Shown here in pieces: positions 36,697-48,076 of a DNA stretch of 64,000 bases; the stretch's first letter is position 1, and each line of letters starts with the position of its first letter. The notes beneath the pieces are model-generated. The model was given only the letters and a program-made list of their open reading frames with translations, was not told where the DNA came from and did not search any database. Position numbers and translations under genes: made by a program. This stretch comes from Octopus bimaculoides (taxonomy: Eukaryota), in assembly GCF_001194135.2 (NCBI RefSeq), contig NC_069010.1, positions 9,051,863-9,115,862 of the forward strand. The letters run 5' to 3'.

Positions 36697-37050
36697 AACA
36701 ATTGCAGCGTGGAAGGTGTTTATAAGCCATTTAAAATAACACAAAAGCCGTCAGATTCACTTCAACATTTAAATTTAATTTGTCCAAATATTTTCGTCGC
36801 TTTCAGACCGCGATGACCTGTTCACTGACAAAATTGTGCTGTATCTGAGAAAGTAACACTTAGTTCATGATATATACGTTCGTATGTATGTGTGTATCTA
36901 TGTATGTATGTATGTTTGTCAGTGAACAGGTCATCGCGGTCTGAAAGCGACGAAAATATTTGGACAAATTAAATTTAAATGTTGAAGTGAATCTGACGGC
37001 CTTTGTGTTATTTTAAATGGCTTATAAACGCCTTCCACGCTACAATCGTT
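36697..37050. repeat. Long inverted repeat: 136-bp arms, 82-bp spacer, 4 mismatches
   Basis: 36697-36832 is the reverse complement of 36915-37050. Confidence 0.92.
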
Positions 37051-37180
37051 ATATATATAGTGTGTGTGTATACAAGACACACTATATATATATAATATAT
37101 ATATAAACATGCATCATGAAAACAAAGACACCAATGTAGAATGGAGATCCCCCCCACACACACACATCCATGGAACTTAC

Positions 37181-37237
37181 CCATAATTTTCCAATGTCCT
37201 TCAACAAAGAAATGTATTTCTGGGAATCCAAAATAAC
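37181..37237 (-). CDS. HIP1: HIP1 exon 4: VILDSQKYISLLKDIGKLW
   Basis: tttag|GTT...TGG|GTAAGT, 57 nt, phase 0-0. Confidence 0.92.
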
Positions 37238-37421
37238 CTAAAAAAGAGAGAGAAAAATATTAACTTTGATTGGAATTGTCTTTTGGGTTTGTCTCATTCT
37301 GGCTTAAATCACTGGACTATCTCTTATCTTTAGGTTTGTTTCAGTGATCAGACTACGGTCATGCTGGGGCACTGCCTTGAAGAATTTTATTTGAGCATAT
37401 CGACCCCAGAGCTTCTTTTTA

Positions 37422-38225
37422 TTGGGTCATCCCATAAATAATGCAGTTTTTTCAATTCCATGAACTAAAAGTCAGAGGGGGACAGGATAAACTACCTGCA
37501 TCAACTTGCTACAAAAGCAGATAGTAATTTTAGTTTGTGCTTATTCTTAGAGTAGGTTTTCAAGAGTGCAGTTCGATTTTAAGTTATTTTTTCAAAGCTG
37601 TAATGGAAGTGACAAAGGAGCATATTCAGCATATTTTGTTTTGTGAGTTCAATAAAGACAACAACGCAACAGAAAGTGCGACGAATATTAATGCAGTAAA
37701 TGGGGATCGGACAATAAGTGTTAAGCCAGTGTCAACGGTGGTTCCAGAAACTACAGCCCTGAAGATGAGTTTCGTCCTCGAAGATCTGTAGAACAATGAG
37801 AACACCCTGCAAACTCTGGTGGAACAAAACCCCATCCTAACTGTTGCGGAACTAACAGAGAAGCTTGGATTTGGTCATTCAACCATTGATCAACGCTTGC
37901 GTGCCATCAGAAAACCGATTATCTTTAGTTTCAAGACAAAAGGTGTTCTTCCATCAGAATAATGCTTGACCACATACAGCAAGGATGGCATTCCAAAGGC
38001 TGGAGCAGTCTGAATGGGAAACAATGCCTCAACCGATATATTCACTGGACATTCCCCTATCTGATTATCATTTCTTCTGCATTCTTCAAAATCATTTGAA
38101 CAGAAAGAATATGAATTCTGTAGACAAGGTCAGAACAGTACTGGGGGAGTATTTTGCATGAAGGACAAGTGAATTTTGGAAGAGGGGCCTTGCAAGTCTA
38201 CCAGATAGATGGAAGAGCATTGCAG
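37422..38225 (+). mobile_element. mariner-type transposon, 5' part up to the gap, internally deleted and frameshifted
   Basis: TA then left TIR TTGGGTCATCCCATAAATAATGC; MEVTKEHIQHILFCEFNK HTH start; relics of the HDNARPH and YSxDxxPSDYHFF regions. Confidence 0.8.
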
Positions 38226-39090
38226 NNNNNNNNNNNNNNNNNNNNNNNNNNNNNNNNNNNNNNNNNNNNNNNNNNNNNNNNNNNNNNNNNNNNNNNNNNN
38301 NNNNNNNNNNNNNNNNNNNNNNNNNNNNNNNNNNNNNNNNNNNNNNNNNNNNNNNNNNNNNNNNNNNNNNNNNNNNNNNNNNNNNNNNNNNNNNNNNNNN
38401 NNNNNNNNNNNNNNNNNNNNNNNNNNNNNNNNNNNNNNNNNNNNNNNNNNNNNNNNNNNNNNNNNNNNNNNNNNNNNNNNNNNNNNNNNNNNNNNNNNNN
38501 NNNNNNNNNNNNNNNNNNNNNNNNNNNNNNNNNNNNNNNNNNNNNNNNNNNNNNNNNNNNNNNNNNNNNNNNNNNNNNNNNNNNNNNNNNNNNNNNNNNN
38601 NNNNNNNCCCCCGTCCAACCACAAATCACACCCCTCCCCTACAATGCTACACACACACACACTGTAGATAAAGAGATTAATGGATAAACCCAGCTTAACA
38701 TCTTATATTGTAAGCAGTCATAACTATGACATTGTAGTGGTGCATTGTGGGAGATGTGACTTCTCATGTAAACATGTGTGTGTGTGTATCAGCATATATA
38801 ATTAATACAGGTAACAAGCTTGGTCGTCAGATCAAACGAATCGCTCCCAAGGTGCTGACAGACGGACAGTCAGTTGGAATAGGAGAGAATAGGGTGCCAC
38901 AGAGTGGGAGAGAACCTAGAACCTGATGGTTGAAAGGGAGCTTCTGAAGCAGACCCCAAAAGACATGGGGACGTTGACTGGGAAAGCAGTCATCACAGAT
39001 GTACCTGATCGGGGCTCAACCGGACATTTAAAAACAAAACAAACAGCATCACACAGACGCAGAGAGAGAGAGAGATAAAGTGCAACTTAC

Positions 39091-39233
39091 ATTAGCATGT
39101 CCTTCCCGGAGCAGCTTGTGCAGGACATGGAGAAACTTCCAGCAAATAATGGCATTTCCTTGAAGTGGAAGTTTAGATGTGGTCGCCCAAAAGACACCGG
39201 CACCGCTTTCATGAAACGTTCCGAGTATGGCAC
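39091..39233 (-). CDS. HIP1: HIP1 exon 3: (S)AILGTFHESGAGVFWATTSKLPLQGNAIICWKFLHVLHKLLREGHAN
   Basis: ctaag|GT...AAT|GTAAGT, 143 nt; ANTH core motif. Confidence 0.95.
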
Positions 39234-39341
39234 CTTAGAGGGGGAAACAGAACTAAGGAAAACAACGGCAAAGGTTTTAGAAACATGTGTATGAGATTTT
39301 GTTTTTTAATTGGGCTATGATTACAGGACTGTAATATATAT

Positions 39342-39394
<53 letters not shown>

Positions 39395-39952
39395 TAAGTA
39401 TAGATATATGTGTGAGATATATATATATATATATATATGTTACATAGTAGACATAACTAGATCATGTTCTCATCCATGTCTATACATGACGTTCAGTTTG
39501 TAATCCACGACCACATGAGAAAGGAGGAAATCATGGGAATAAATGTAATAACAGTAACTCCATTCTTCACTAATACATATACGTGTGTGTGTGTGTGTGT
39601 GTTCTGTATTGGTGGGTTAACAGGGCAACCAATGGCTTCATGTGAAAAGGTCTTCATAATTATCCAAACATAGCACATGGCACGCTTGAACAATTTTACA
39701 TGAAACTAAAACATTACTCAATACATCTGGTAGAGAACAAATTTATTAGTCTTTAACAAGAACAGTATTGATAGTGACTTCGAAGTTTCAGCCAGTCAGG
39801 CCGTCATCACACACTATTTACTCCTGTGCAAGTTACACAATTTTATTGTTGATTTTATCAGGAAAAAAAAATCCCATCATGGGGCAGAGTTGAAATTATG
39901 AAGGGGAAAAAATTTTACATAAGATTTAACACTAAAAAGTGCAACTTACAGT

Positions 39953-39996
<44 letters not shown>

Positions 39997-40015
39997 GACT
40001 TATGTGTATCTAGTG

Positions 40016-40318
40016 AAGGCGAGTGGCTTAGTGGTTAGGGCCGTGAGTTTCAATTCCCGGCAACGTGTTGTGTCCTTGAGCAAGACACTTTATTTCACGC
40101 CGCTCCAGTCCACTCAGCTGGCAAAAATTAGTAGTACCTGTAATTTAAAAGGGGCCAGCCTTGTCCCATTCTATGTCACACTGACTCTCCCTGAGAACTA
40201 CGTTAAGGGTACACGTGTCTGTGGAGTACTCAGCCACTTGCATGTTAATTTCACGAGCAGGCTGTTCCGTTCATCGTATCAGCTGGGACCCTCGACGTCG
40301 TAAGCGACAGAGTGCTCC
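40016..40318 (+). mobile_element. tRNA-derived SINE family D, single long copy
   Basis: GGCGAGTGGCTTAGTGGTTAG (A box), GTTTCAATTCC (B-box-like), then a TGTGTCCTTGAGCAAGACACTTTATTTCAC central block. Confidence 0.65.
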
Positions 40319-40503
40319 AATGTGTGTATATATATATATATGCATGTATATGTACGTGTTTATATGTATGTGTAGGCGGGTGTAGGGGTGTGTGTGTGTA
40401 TGTATATATATATATACACTCACACACATATATATATGTGTGTGTGTGTGTATGTGTGTGTGTTTGTGTGTAACAGAAAGCTCCAACGGCAACAAAAGGA
40501 TAC

Positions 40504-40567
40504 TTCGCACATGTTTTTCCTTGACTGGATGTACATTTGAATTGATAGCTTTGTTGATAGCAATTGA
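40504..40567 (-). CDS. HIP1: HIP1 exon 2: SIAINKAINSNVHPVKEKHVR (ANTH)
   Basis: tgcag|TCA...CGA A|GTATCC, 64 nt; contains the ANTH phosphoinositide-binding PVKEKH motif. Confidence 0.95.
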
Positions 40568-40609
40568 CTGCAAAAAAGAAACAGACGAAGATGACGATGA
40601 TAAAAATAA

Positions 40610-40963
40610 TAATTAATTCGTTTTATTGGCCACAAGGGCTAATATCAATTAAAAACATGACAGGAAGAAGGTTAGAAAAGGTTTTGTCCGAAAAGGTAGG
40701 AAAGTTCGTCTAAACAGAGGAAGAAAACGGAGGAAGATATAATAAATAAGTAGAACTCCCAAAGGGGGAGGCGCTTCGAAAAAGGAAAGGTTACACGTGG
40801 AAAAACCTATAAAACCATGGGAGCCTGGTCAGAAAAAATAAGAAAGGGGTATAGAGCCTTTGCTCCTTTTACATTACCTTTTTTTCTACAGGTGTATTCT
40901 CAGAATTGGTCCGTTTAAACTGGCCATTCTTCCAACAGTCACCCATCTTTCAACGAATTTGCT
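40610..40963 (-). mobile_element. Tx1/L1-like LINE 3' end (ORF2 C-terminus and 3' UTR)
   Basis: Minus strand reads SKFVERWVTVGRMASLNGPILRIHL*, then a pyrimidine-rich UTR ending CCCTTGTGGCCAATAAA; runs into the gap at 40964. Confidence 0.6.
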
Positions 40964-43842
40964 NNNNNNNNNNNNNNNNNNNNNNNNNNNNNNNNNNNNN
41001 NNNNNNNNNNNNNNNNNNNNNNNNNNNNNNNNNNNNNNNNNNNNNNNNNNNNNNNNNNNNNNNNNNNNNNNNNNNNNNNNNNNNNNNNNNNNNNNNNNNN
41101 NNNNNNNNNNNNNNNNNNNNNNNNNNNNNNNNNNNNNNNNNNNNNNNNNNNNNNNNNNNNNNNNNNNNNNNNNNNNNNNNNNNNNNNNNNNNNNNNNNNN
41201 NNNNNNNNNNNNNNNNNNNNNNNNNNNNNNNNNNNNNNNNNNNNNNNNNNNNNNNNNNNNNNNNNNNNNNNNNNNNNNNNNNNNNNNNNNNNNNNNNNNN
41301 NNNNNNNNNNNNNNNNNNNNNNNNNNNNNNNNNNNNNNNNNNNNNNNNNNNNNNNNNNNNNNNNNNNNNNNNNNNNNNNNNNNNNNNNNNNNNNNNNNNN
41401 NNNNNNNNNNNNNNNNNNNNNNNNNNNNNNNNNNNNNNNNNNNNNNNNNNNNNNNNNNNNNNNNNNNNNNNNNNNNNNNNNNNNNNNNNNNNNNNNNNNN
41501 NNNNNNNNNNNNNNNNNNNNNNNNNNNNNNNNNNNNNNNNNNNNNNNNNNNNNNNNNNNNNNNNNNNNNNNNNNNNNNNNNNNNNNNNNNNNNNNNNNNN
41601 NNNNNNNNNNNNNNNNNNNNNNNNNNNNNNNNNNNNNNNNNNNNNNNNNNNNNNNNNNNNNNNNNNNNNNNNNNNNNNNNNNNNNNNNNNNNNNNNNNNN
41701 NNNNNNNNNNNNNNNNNNNNNNNNNNNNNNNNNNNNNNNNNNNNNNNNNNNNNNNNNNNNNNNNNTCTCTCTCTCTTGCTGTCTCCCCCTCTCTATCAAT
41801 ATTTCTCTCTCTCTCTCGCTTGCTTCCCTCTTTCTATTTCTTGTCCTCCCCCCTTTCTCTTTCATTATGTCTCCCCCCCACCTCTGTCTTACACCTGTCC
41901 TCCCCCTTCCATTTATATCTTTGTCTCCCAGGTTTCTGTCTTTAGCACCTGTTCCCCTCCCCTCTCTCATTTCCTGCCTCTACCTGTTCCCCCCTCTCTC
42001 CCAAACCCTCTGTCTATGGGGTTTTGTCTCTGTGTCTCTCACTCTCCCACTCCCACTACAACCCAATCCCTTTCCTCCCACTTCTCACTCCTATCAGCTT
42101 CAGCCACTGGAGCGTGGTCAGCTGTTGTTCAGTCAGTCAGGTGTAAACTGCCAGAACTTTGGAGGGAAACAAAACAGTCAGTGCTGGGCCAGGGCAGTGG
42201 TACCCCCCCCCCCNNNNNNNNNNNNNNNNNNNNNNNNNNNNNNNNNCCCCCCCCCCCCTACCTCTCTACCTTTTACTTGTTGCATTCATTCGAAGGTGTT
42301 TCAGGGGAACAAATCAACCACTGTAAATGTTTCAAAAGTTTCATATTTGTTTTATCAGTCCGTTTCACTGAACCACTAAGTTACCAGTTGTCAAGTGGTT
42401 GCGATGGTGGTGAGGAAACAAACACAGACACGCAGGCTTCTTTCAGTTTCCATTTCCTAAATCCACTCCCGAGGTTTTTTGGTTGGCAAGACACCTGCCC
42501 CAAGGTGCCATGCAATAGGACTGAACCAGGAACCATGTGGTTGAGAAGCAAACACCTTACCACACACCTAGAATGTGTGTGTATGAGGTTCAGTCCCACT
42601 GCATGGCACCTCGGGCAAATGGCTTCTATAGCCCCAGGCTGAATAATGCCTTGCAAGTGGATTTGGTAGACGAAAACGGAAAGAAGCCTGTCATGTGTGC
42701 ATGTGTCCCATCACCACTTGACAACCAGTGCCGGTTTGTTTACATCCCTATAAGTTAGCTGTTTGGCAAAAAGACACTGATAAAACAAGTATCACACCTC
42801 AAAAAAAAAAGCCCTGGGGGTTGATCCATTTGACTAAGAAATTCTTGAAGGCAATGCTCCAGCATGGCCGCAGTCTACCAACAGAAAAAAGTAAAAGGTA
42901 TCAAGGAGTCCATTACCCAAGGAGTCCTTCGTTATCTTAAAACCGAGGGGTGTGGACTAAGGGTGATTTGACTATCATTTCTAGCATCTCAAGCAACCAC
43001 AAAGAGACGTCCTTTTTGTATCTCCTGCCCTTGACTCTAAGATGGACTGAGGTGAGCGGAGAAACAGGAAATGAAGTGACGGTGCATTGAATAAATAGCA
43101 AAATATCAAACAAGGCAGTTGATGAGCTAAAAATAGCAGTGAAATCTCTCTTTCTCAAATCCCAGACCTTAAAGAGGAAAACATCAAATGTTCTGGGATC
43201 AACCATTCAAACCTGTCAGGGCAGAGTGCTCCAGCATGGCGCTACTGCTGAATGACTGAAAGAAACACAAGATAAATCTATAATGCTATATACATGTGTA
43301 CATACACACACGTGTATATGTGTGTGTGTATTCTTTTACTTGTTTCAGTTATTTGACTGTGCCCATGCCGGAGCACCACCATAAAGGGTTTTTTTTTGTT
43401 GTTGAAGAAATCAACACCAGAACTTTAAGCCTAGTACTTATTCTATTGGTGGAACTACTGTTACAAGGACATAAACAAACCAGCATCGGTTGTCAAGTAA
43501 TGGCTAGGGGATAAACACAGACATGCACACACAAACATATATATACACACACAAATATATATATATACACACACACGCAATAGACTTCTTTCAGTTTCTG
43601 TCTACAGAATCCACTCACAAGGATTTTATCATGAAATTATTTGGGGTAAATAATCCCAATGTGTTTTATTGGCCACAAGGGCTAATATCAATTAAAAACA
43701 TGTAAGGACAAAGACAGGGGTAAGTAATCCCAATGTGTTTTATCTGATGGATAAATCTTGCATTTTCTTCTTTGGACTACAAACAGTTCACTGAGTGAAT
43801 ATCCAAGACAATTCAAATAAAAATAAATATATACATGTATTT

Positions 43843-43886
<44 letters not shown>

Positions 43887-44189
43887 CTGTGTATAAAATT
43901 TCATTTGGCCAAAATAATGAGAAGAGGGATCAGATAGGAGAAGGAACAAGGACTTCTCTACCTCACATCAACACACACACACACACGTTTACAGAGCAGG
44001 ATGTCCTTCAATAAAAATCCAAGTGTAGAAGGAAACTGTGGTTGCTTTGTAGGTGTGAGTAGATATGTACATACATGCATGCTTGTGTATATATATATAT
44101 GGGTATGTATATGTATATATTCATATATATGTTATTTATGTATAAAGAAGTTGTGATTGCTTTGTGTTCGTATATATGTATCTATATGC

Positions 44190-44284
<95 letters not shown>

Positions 44285-46114
44285 AATAATAATTATATAT
44301 ATGTACACATACATACAGTGTATGTACATGTATGTGTGTACATGTGAGTGTGTGTGTGTCAGTGAGTGTGTGTGTCAGTGAGTGAGTGTGTGTGTGCGTG
44401 TGTTTGCTGGAAGGTGGGAAAGTAGAAACCTGCTCTTTGTCTATTTACAAAGGTGAATCATATCTAATTTAAACAGAGATAAAGAAATTCCTTATTCACT
44501 AAACTCCAACCATTGGTTGTAGACAGGCAGCAGTTAACTGGCTGCTGTGAGTTCCATCCCACTTGTAGGGAGGGCTACTGCTGGGGGAATACCAAAACTA
44601 TTTTCTGAATTTAAGGTCCTCAGAAATCTCTGTAGACCCTTCTTCCAAATACAAATGTGGAAGCTGGCACCTTACAGAAATCTAATTAAGAAAACTTCCT
44701 CTGCTTATATATTTTTCCCTTGTCCCCTTATTCCCTTGCTATGTTGTTATAATGGGTTCAATTACCTCAGTGGGATCAAAGGGACAACTCACTTCAGTAG
44801 CAGAATTCTTTATAAAGAGACACAGAAAGGTTGATACAATTATTATTATTCCGCTAAGGTCAACTTTACCTTTCATCCTTTCGGGGTCAATAAAATAAGT
44901 ACCAGNNNNNNNNNNNNNNNNNNNNNNNNNNNNNNNNNNNNNNNNNNNNNNNNNNNNNNNNNNNNNNNNNNNNNNNNNNNNNNNNNNNNNNNNNNNNNNN
45001 NNNNNNNNNNNNNNNNNNNNNNNNNNNNNNNNNNNNNNNNNNNNNNNNNNNNNNNNNNNNNNNNNNNNNNNNNNNNNNNNNNNNNNNNNNNNNNNNNNNN
45101 NNGGGTCGATAAATTAAGTACCAGTTGTGTACTGGAGTTGACAAGTAATTGACTGGTTCCCTCCTCCAAAAATTTCAGGCCTTGTGCTTATAGTAGAAAC
45201 CAATAAGGCAGTGAGCTTGCAGAACTGTTAACACACCAGGAAAAAAACCTAAGCGGCCCTTTAGGGGTCAATGAAAGAAGTACCAGCTGAGTACGGAGGT
45301 GGGGTAGGGTGGGGTGATGTAATCGACTTAATCTCTTGCCCCTAACTGCTGGCCTTGTGCCAAAATTTGGAACCAAAATTATTATTATTATTATAGTGAT
45401 GGCTGTTTATCCTGGATGAATCATACCAGCCAGTGGCTATTGTGGTGGTGGTGCCAGTGGTTGTGGTGGTGCTGGAGGTGTTGGTGACGTTGTTGTTGTT
45501 GTTGCAGACAGTAGAGTTCCTTATTTGATAAGCGCGAGTAGAACTGGGTGAAATGGTGATGCAGGCAGGTGGTGAGGTGACGTGGTGGAGGAGGAAAGTA
45601 CTCAACGAAGGCAGACAGACAGAAGAAGTGGGTGAAGAATATGGTAAGGAGGGGGGTGGGAGGGGTAGAAAAATACAAAGCAGAAAAGTCAGACCATTTT
45701 TTTACAAATAAATCAAAAATATATAATATAGCACACACACACACGTTTACACATACATACATATCATCACCATCAACAATGAGGATGCTGTGTATACATA
45801 CATACGTGTTTCTATATATGTGCATATCTGCATGCATTTGTATGTATATATACACGCACATATATACATGTATGAATATATACATATGTATATATGTGTG
45901 TGGATATATATATATATACAAATTGTAAATGTAAAAATAAAAACAAAACACAAAGGATTCTGCGGTACACATGTTTCAAGCTTTATAGTTGTTACATCAG
46001 TGTATAATTGACAATATAAAGCTATCTTCAGCCGCAAATGTATTCTTTCCCAAGAACTATATCACATAGAAGTTAATACACAGGTGCTTACAATTATCAA
46101 GTATTACCTCTAAC

Positions 46115-46147
<33 letters not shown>

Positions 46148-46313
46148 TTATACATATATGCCATCAACAACAATAATTGTGCATATGGATGGATGTGTGT
46201 GTGTATATACATATATCATCATCATCGTTTAACGTCCGCTTTCCATGCTAGCATGGGTTGGACGATTTGACTGAGGACTGGTGAAACCAGATGGCTACAC
46301 CAGGCTCCAATCT

Positions 46314-46346
<33 letters not shown>

Positions 46347-46875
46347 NNNNNNNNNNNNNNNNNNNNNNNNNNNNNNNNNNNNNNNNNNNNNNNNNNNNNN
46401 NNNNNNNNNNNNNNNNNNNNNNNNNNNNNNNNNNNNNNNNNNNNNNNNNNNNNNNNNNNNNNNNNNNNNNNNNNNNNNNNNNNNNNNNNNNNNNNNNNNN
46501 NNNNNNNNNNNNNNNNNNNNNNNNNNNNNNNNNNNNNNNNNNNNNNNNNNNNNNNNNNNNNNNNNNNNNNNNNNNNNNNNNNNNNNNNNNNNNNNNNNNN
46601 NNNNNNNNNNNNNNNNNNNNNNNNNNNNNNNNNNNNNNNNNNNNNNNNNNNNNNNNNNNNNNNNNNNNNNNNNNNNNNNNNNNNNNNNNNNNNNNNNNNN
46701 NNNNNNNNNNNNNNNNNNNNNNNNNNNNNNNNNNNNNNNNNNNNNNNNNNNNNNNNNNNNNNNNNNNNNNNNNNNNNNNNNNNNNNNNNNNNNNNNNNNN
46801 NNNNNNNNNNNNNNNNNNNNNNNNNNNNNNNNNNNNNNNNNNNNNNNNNNNNNNNNNNNNNNNNNNNNNNNNNNN

Positions 46876-46916
<41 letters not shown>

Positions 46917-47129
46917 TATATACATATTTACAGACATTTTGTTGGATGGTCGTTGACTGTTCAGGAGTTCATCCACCCTTTGACAGGTCTTATTTTTCGT
47001 CCTGCAGGGTGTCCAACAACACCCTCCTCACCAAGCAAGCCTGGTGGGGTTGCCAGTTTAGTCGCCGACGACCCGACCATGCGACAGGTTGTACTGGATT
47101 ACATGTTACCAGTAGCACTGAAGAGCGAC

Positions 47130-47720
47130 CTGACATATAAAAAAAGGTTTAAGGATGGCATAAGGACTGCTATGAAGTCAATTGGAATGGCTCCAAAAGA
47201 TATAGAAGCCCTCGCTTCAGATCGAGTTGGATGGCGAACAAGAGTGTGGAGTGGAGTGAAAGCATTTGAAGAGGCCAAGATGATGCAAGCAGGTCTCAAG
47301 AGATATTTAAGGAAAAATGTAAAGATCGAGAAGGTGAATGACAAGGACCTTTTTGTGTGCACAGTCTGTGACAGACCATATCTGTCTTTGGCTGGCCTCA
47401 AATCACATCTGCGAACCCATGGAAAACAAACTTCAACCAGCTATTCTGATGATATGTCTGTGCACACGTTTGAATGTGGTGTGTGCCAGAGGGTTTGCAA
47501 ATCCAATGGGGGTCTTAAAAGACATGTTAGGATCCACAATGAGCAGAACTTACTTGCAGGTATTGGTAGTGCAAATCAGAGGTGCAATCTGTGCGGGTGT
47601 TTTTTTCAGAACATTGTCTGGTTTAAAAAGCCACATCAGACGCCATGAAAGGGCTAAGGTGTAGGTGCAGGAGGTGGTCAAACTCTGTTTAAGGAGTAGA
47701 CAACCACCATATATATATAC
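47130..47720 (+). mobile_element. 3' end of an RTE-clade LINE ORF2 encoding three C2H2 zinc fingers
   Basis: KKRFKDGIR…EALASDRVGWRTRVWSGVKAFEE…KRYLRK is the typical RTE/BovB-like C-terminus; fingers CTVC..HLRTH, CGVC..HVRIH and CNLC..HIRRH; stop at 47664, followed by a short UTR and (AT)n. Confidence 0.85.
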
Positions 47721-48076
47721 ATAATGTATTTACTTGTGTATAAATAAGTTACACTATTTTTTACATGAATTTAAGTGAAAGAAAAACAGGGATGCTGCAA
47801 CTTATGCATCACAGGACAAAAGCTGGGAGTAAGTTTTAGATTTAATACTAAATCCAGTGTGTGATTTGCATATCATCCTTTAACATCCATTGTCCATGCT
47901 GGCAAAGGTTGGACAGTTTGACCAGAGCTGGCAAGCTGAGGGGCTGCACCAGACTCCTGTTGGCTGGATGCCCTTCCCAACACCAATCGCTACAAGTGCC
48001 ATCAGCACACGTGCCAGTTGCGTGAAACCAGTATCTGCCATGATGTTCACTTCACTTGGCTTGATGGGTCTTCTCC

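Noticed and set aside
40016-40060. tRNA gene candidates at SINE heads (also 2856, 18925, 30040)
   Set aside because: A-box and B-box remnants run into SINE bodies without a complete cloverleaf.
40860-42642. Longest ORFs in the track (361-578 aa; also 21289, 27609, 38092, 46248)
   Set aside because: Made up mainly of X residues from N-gaps.
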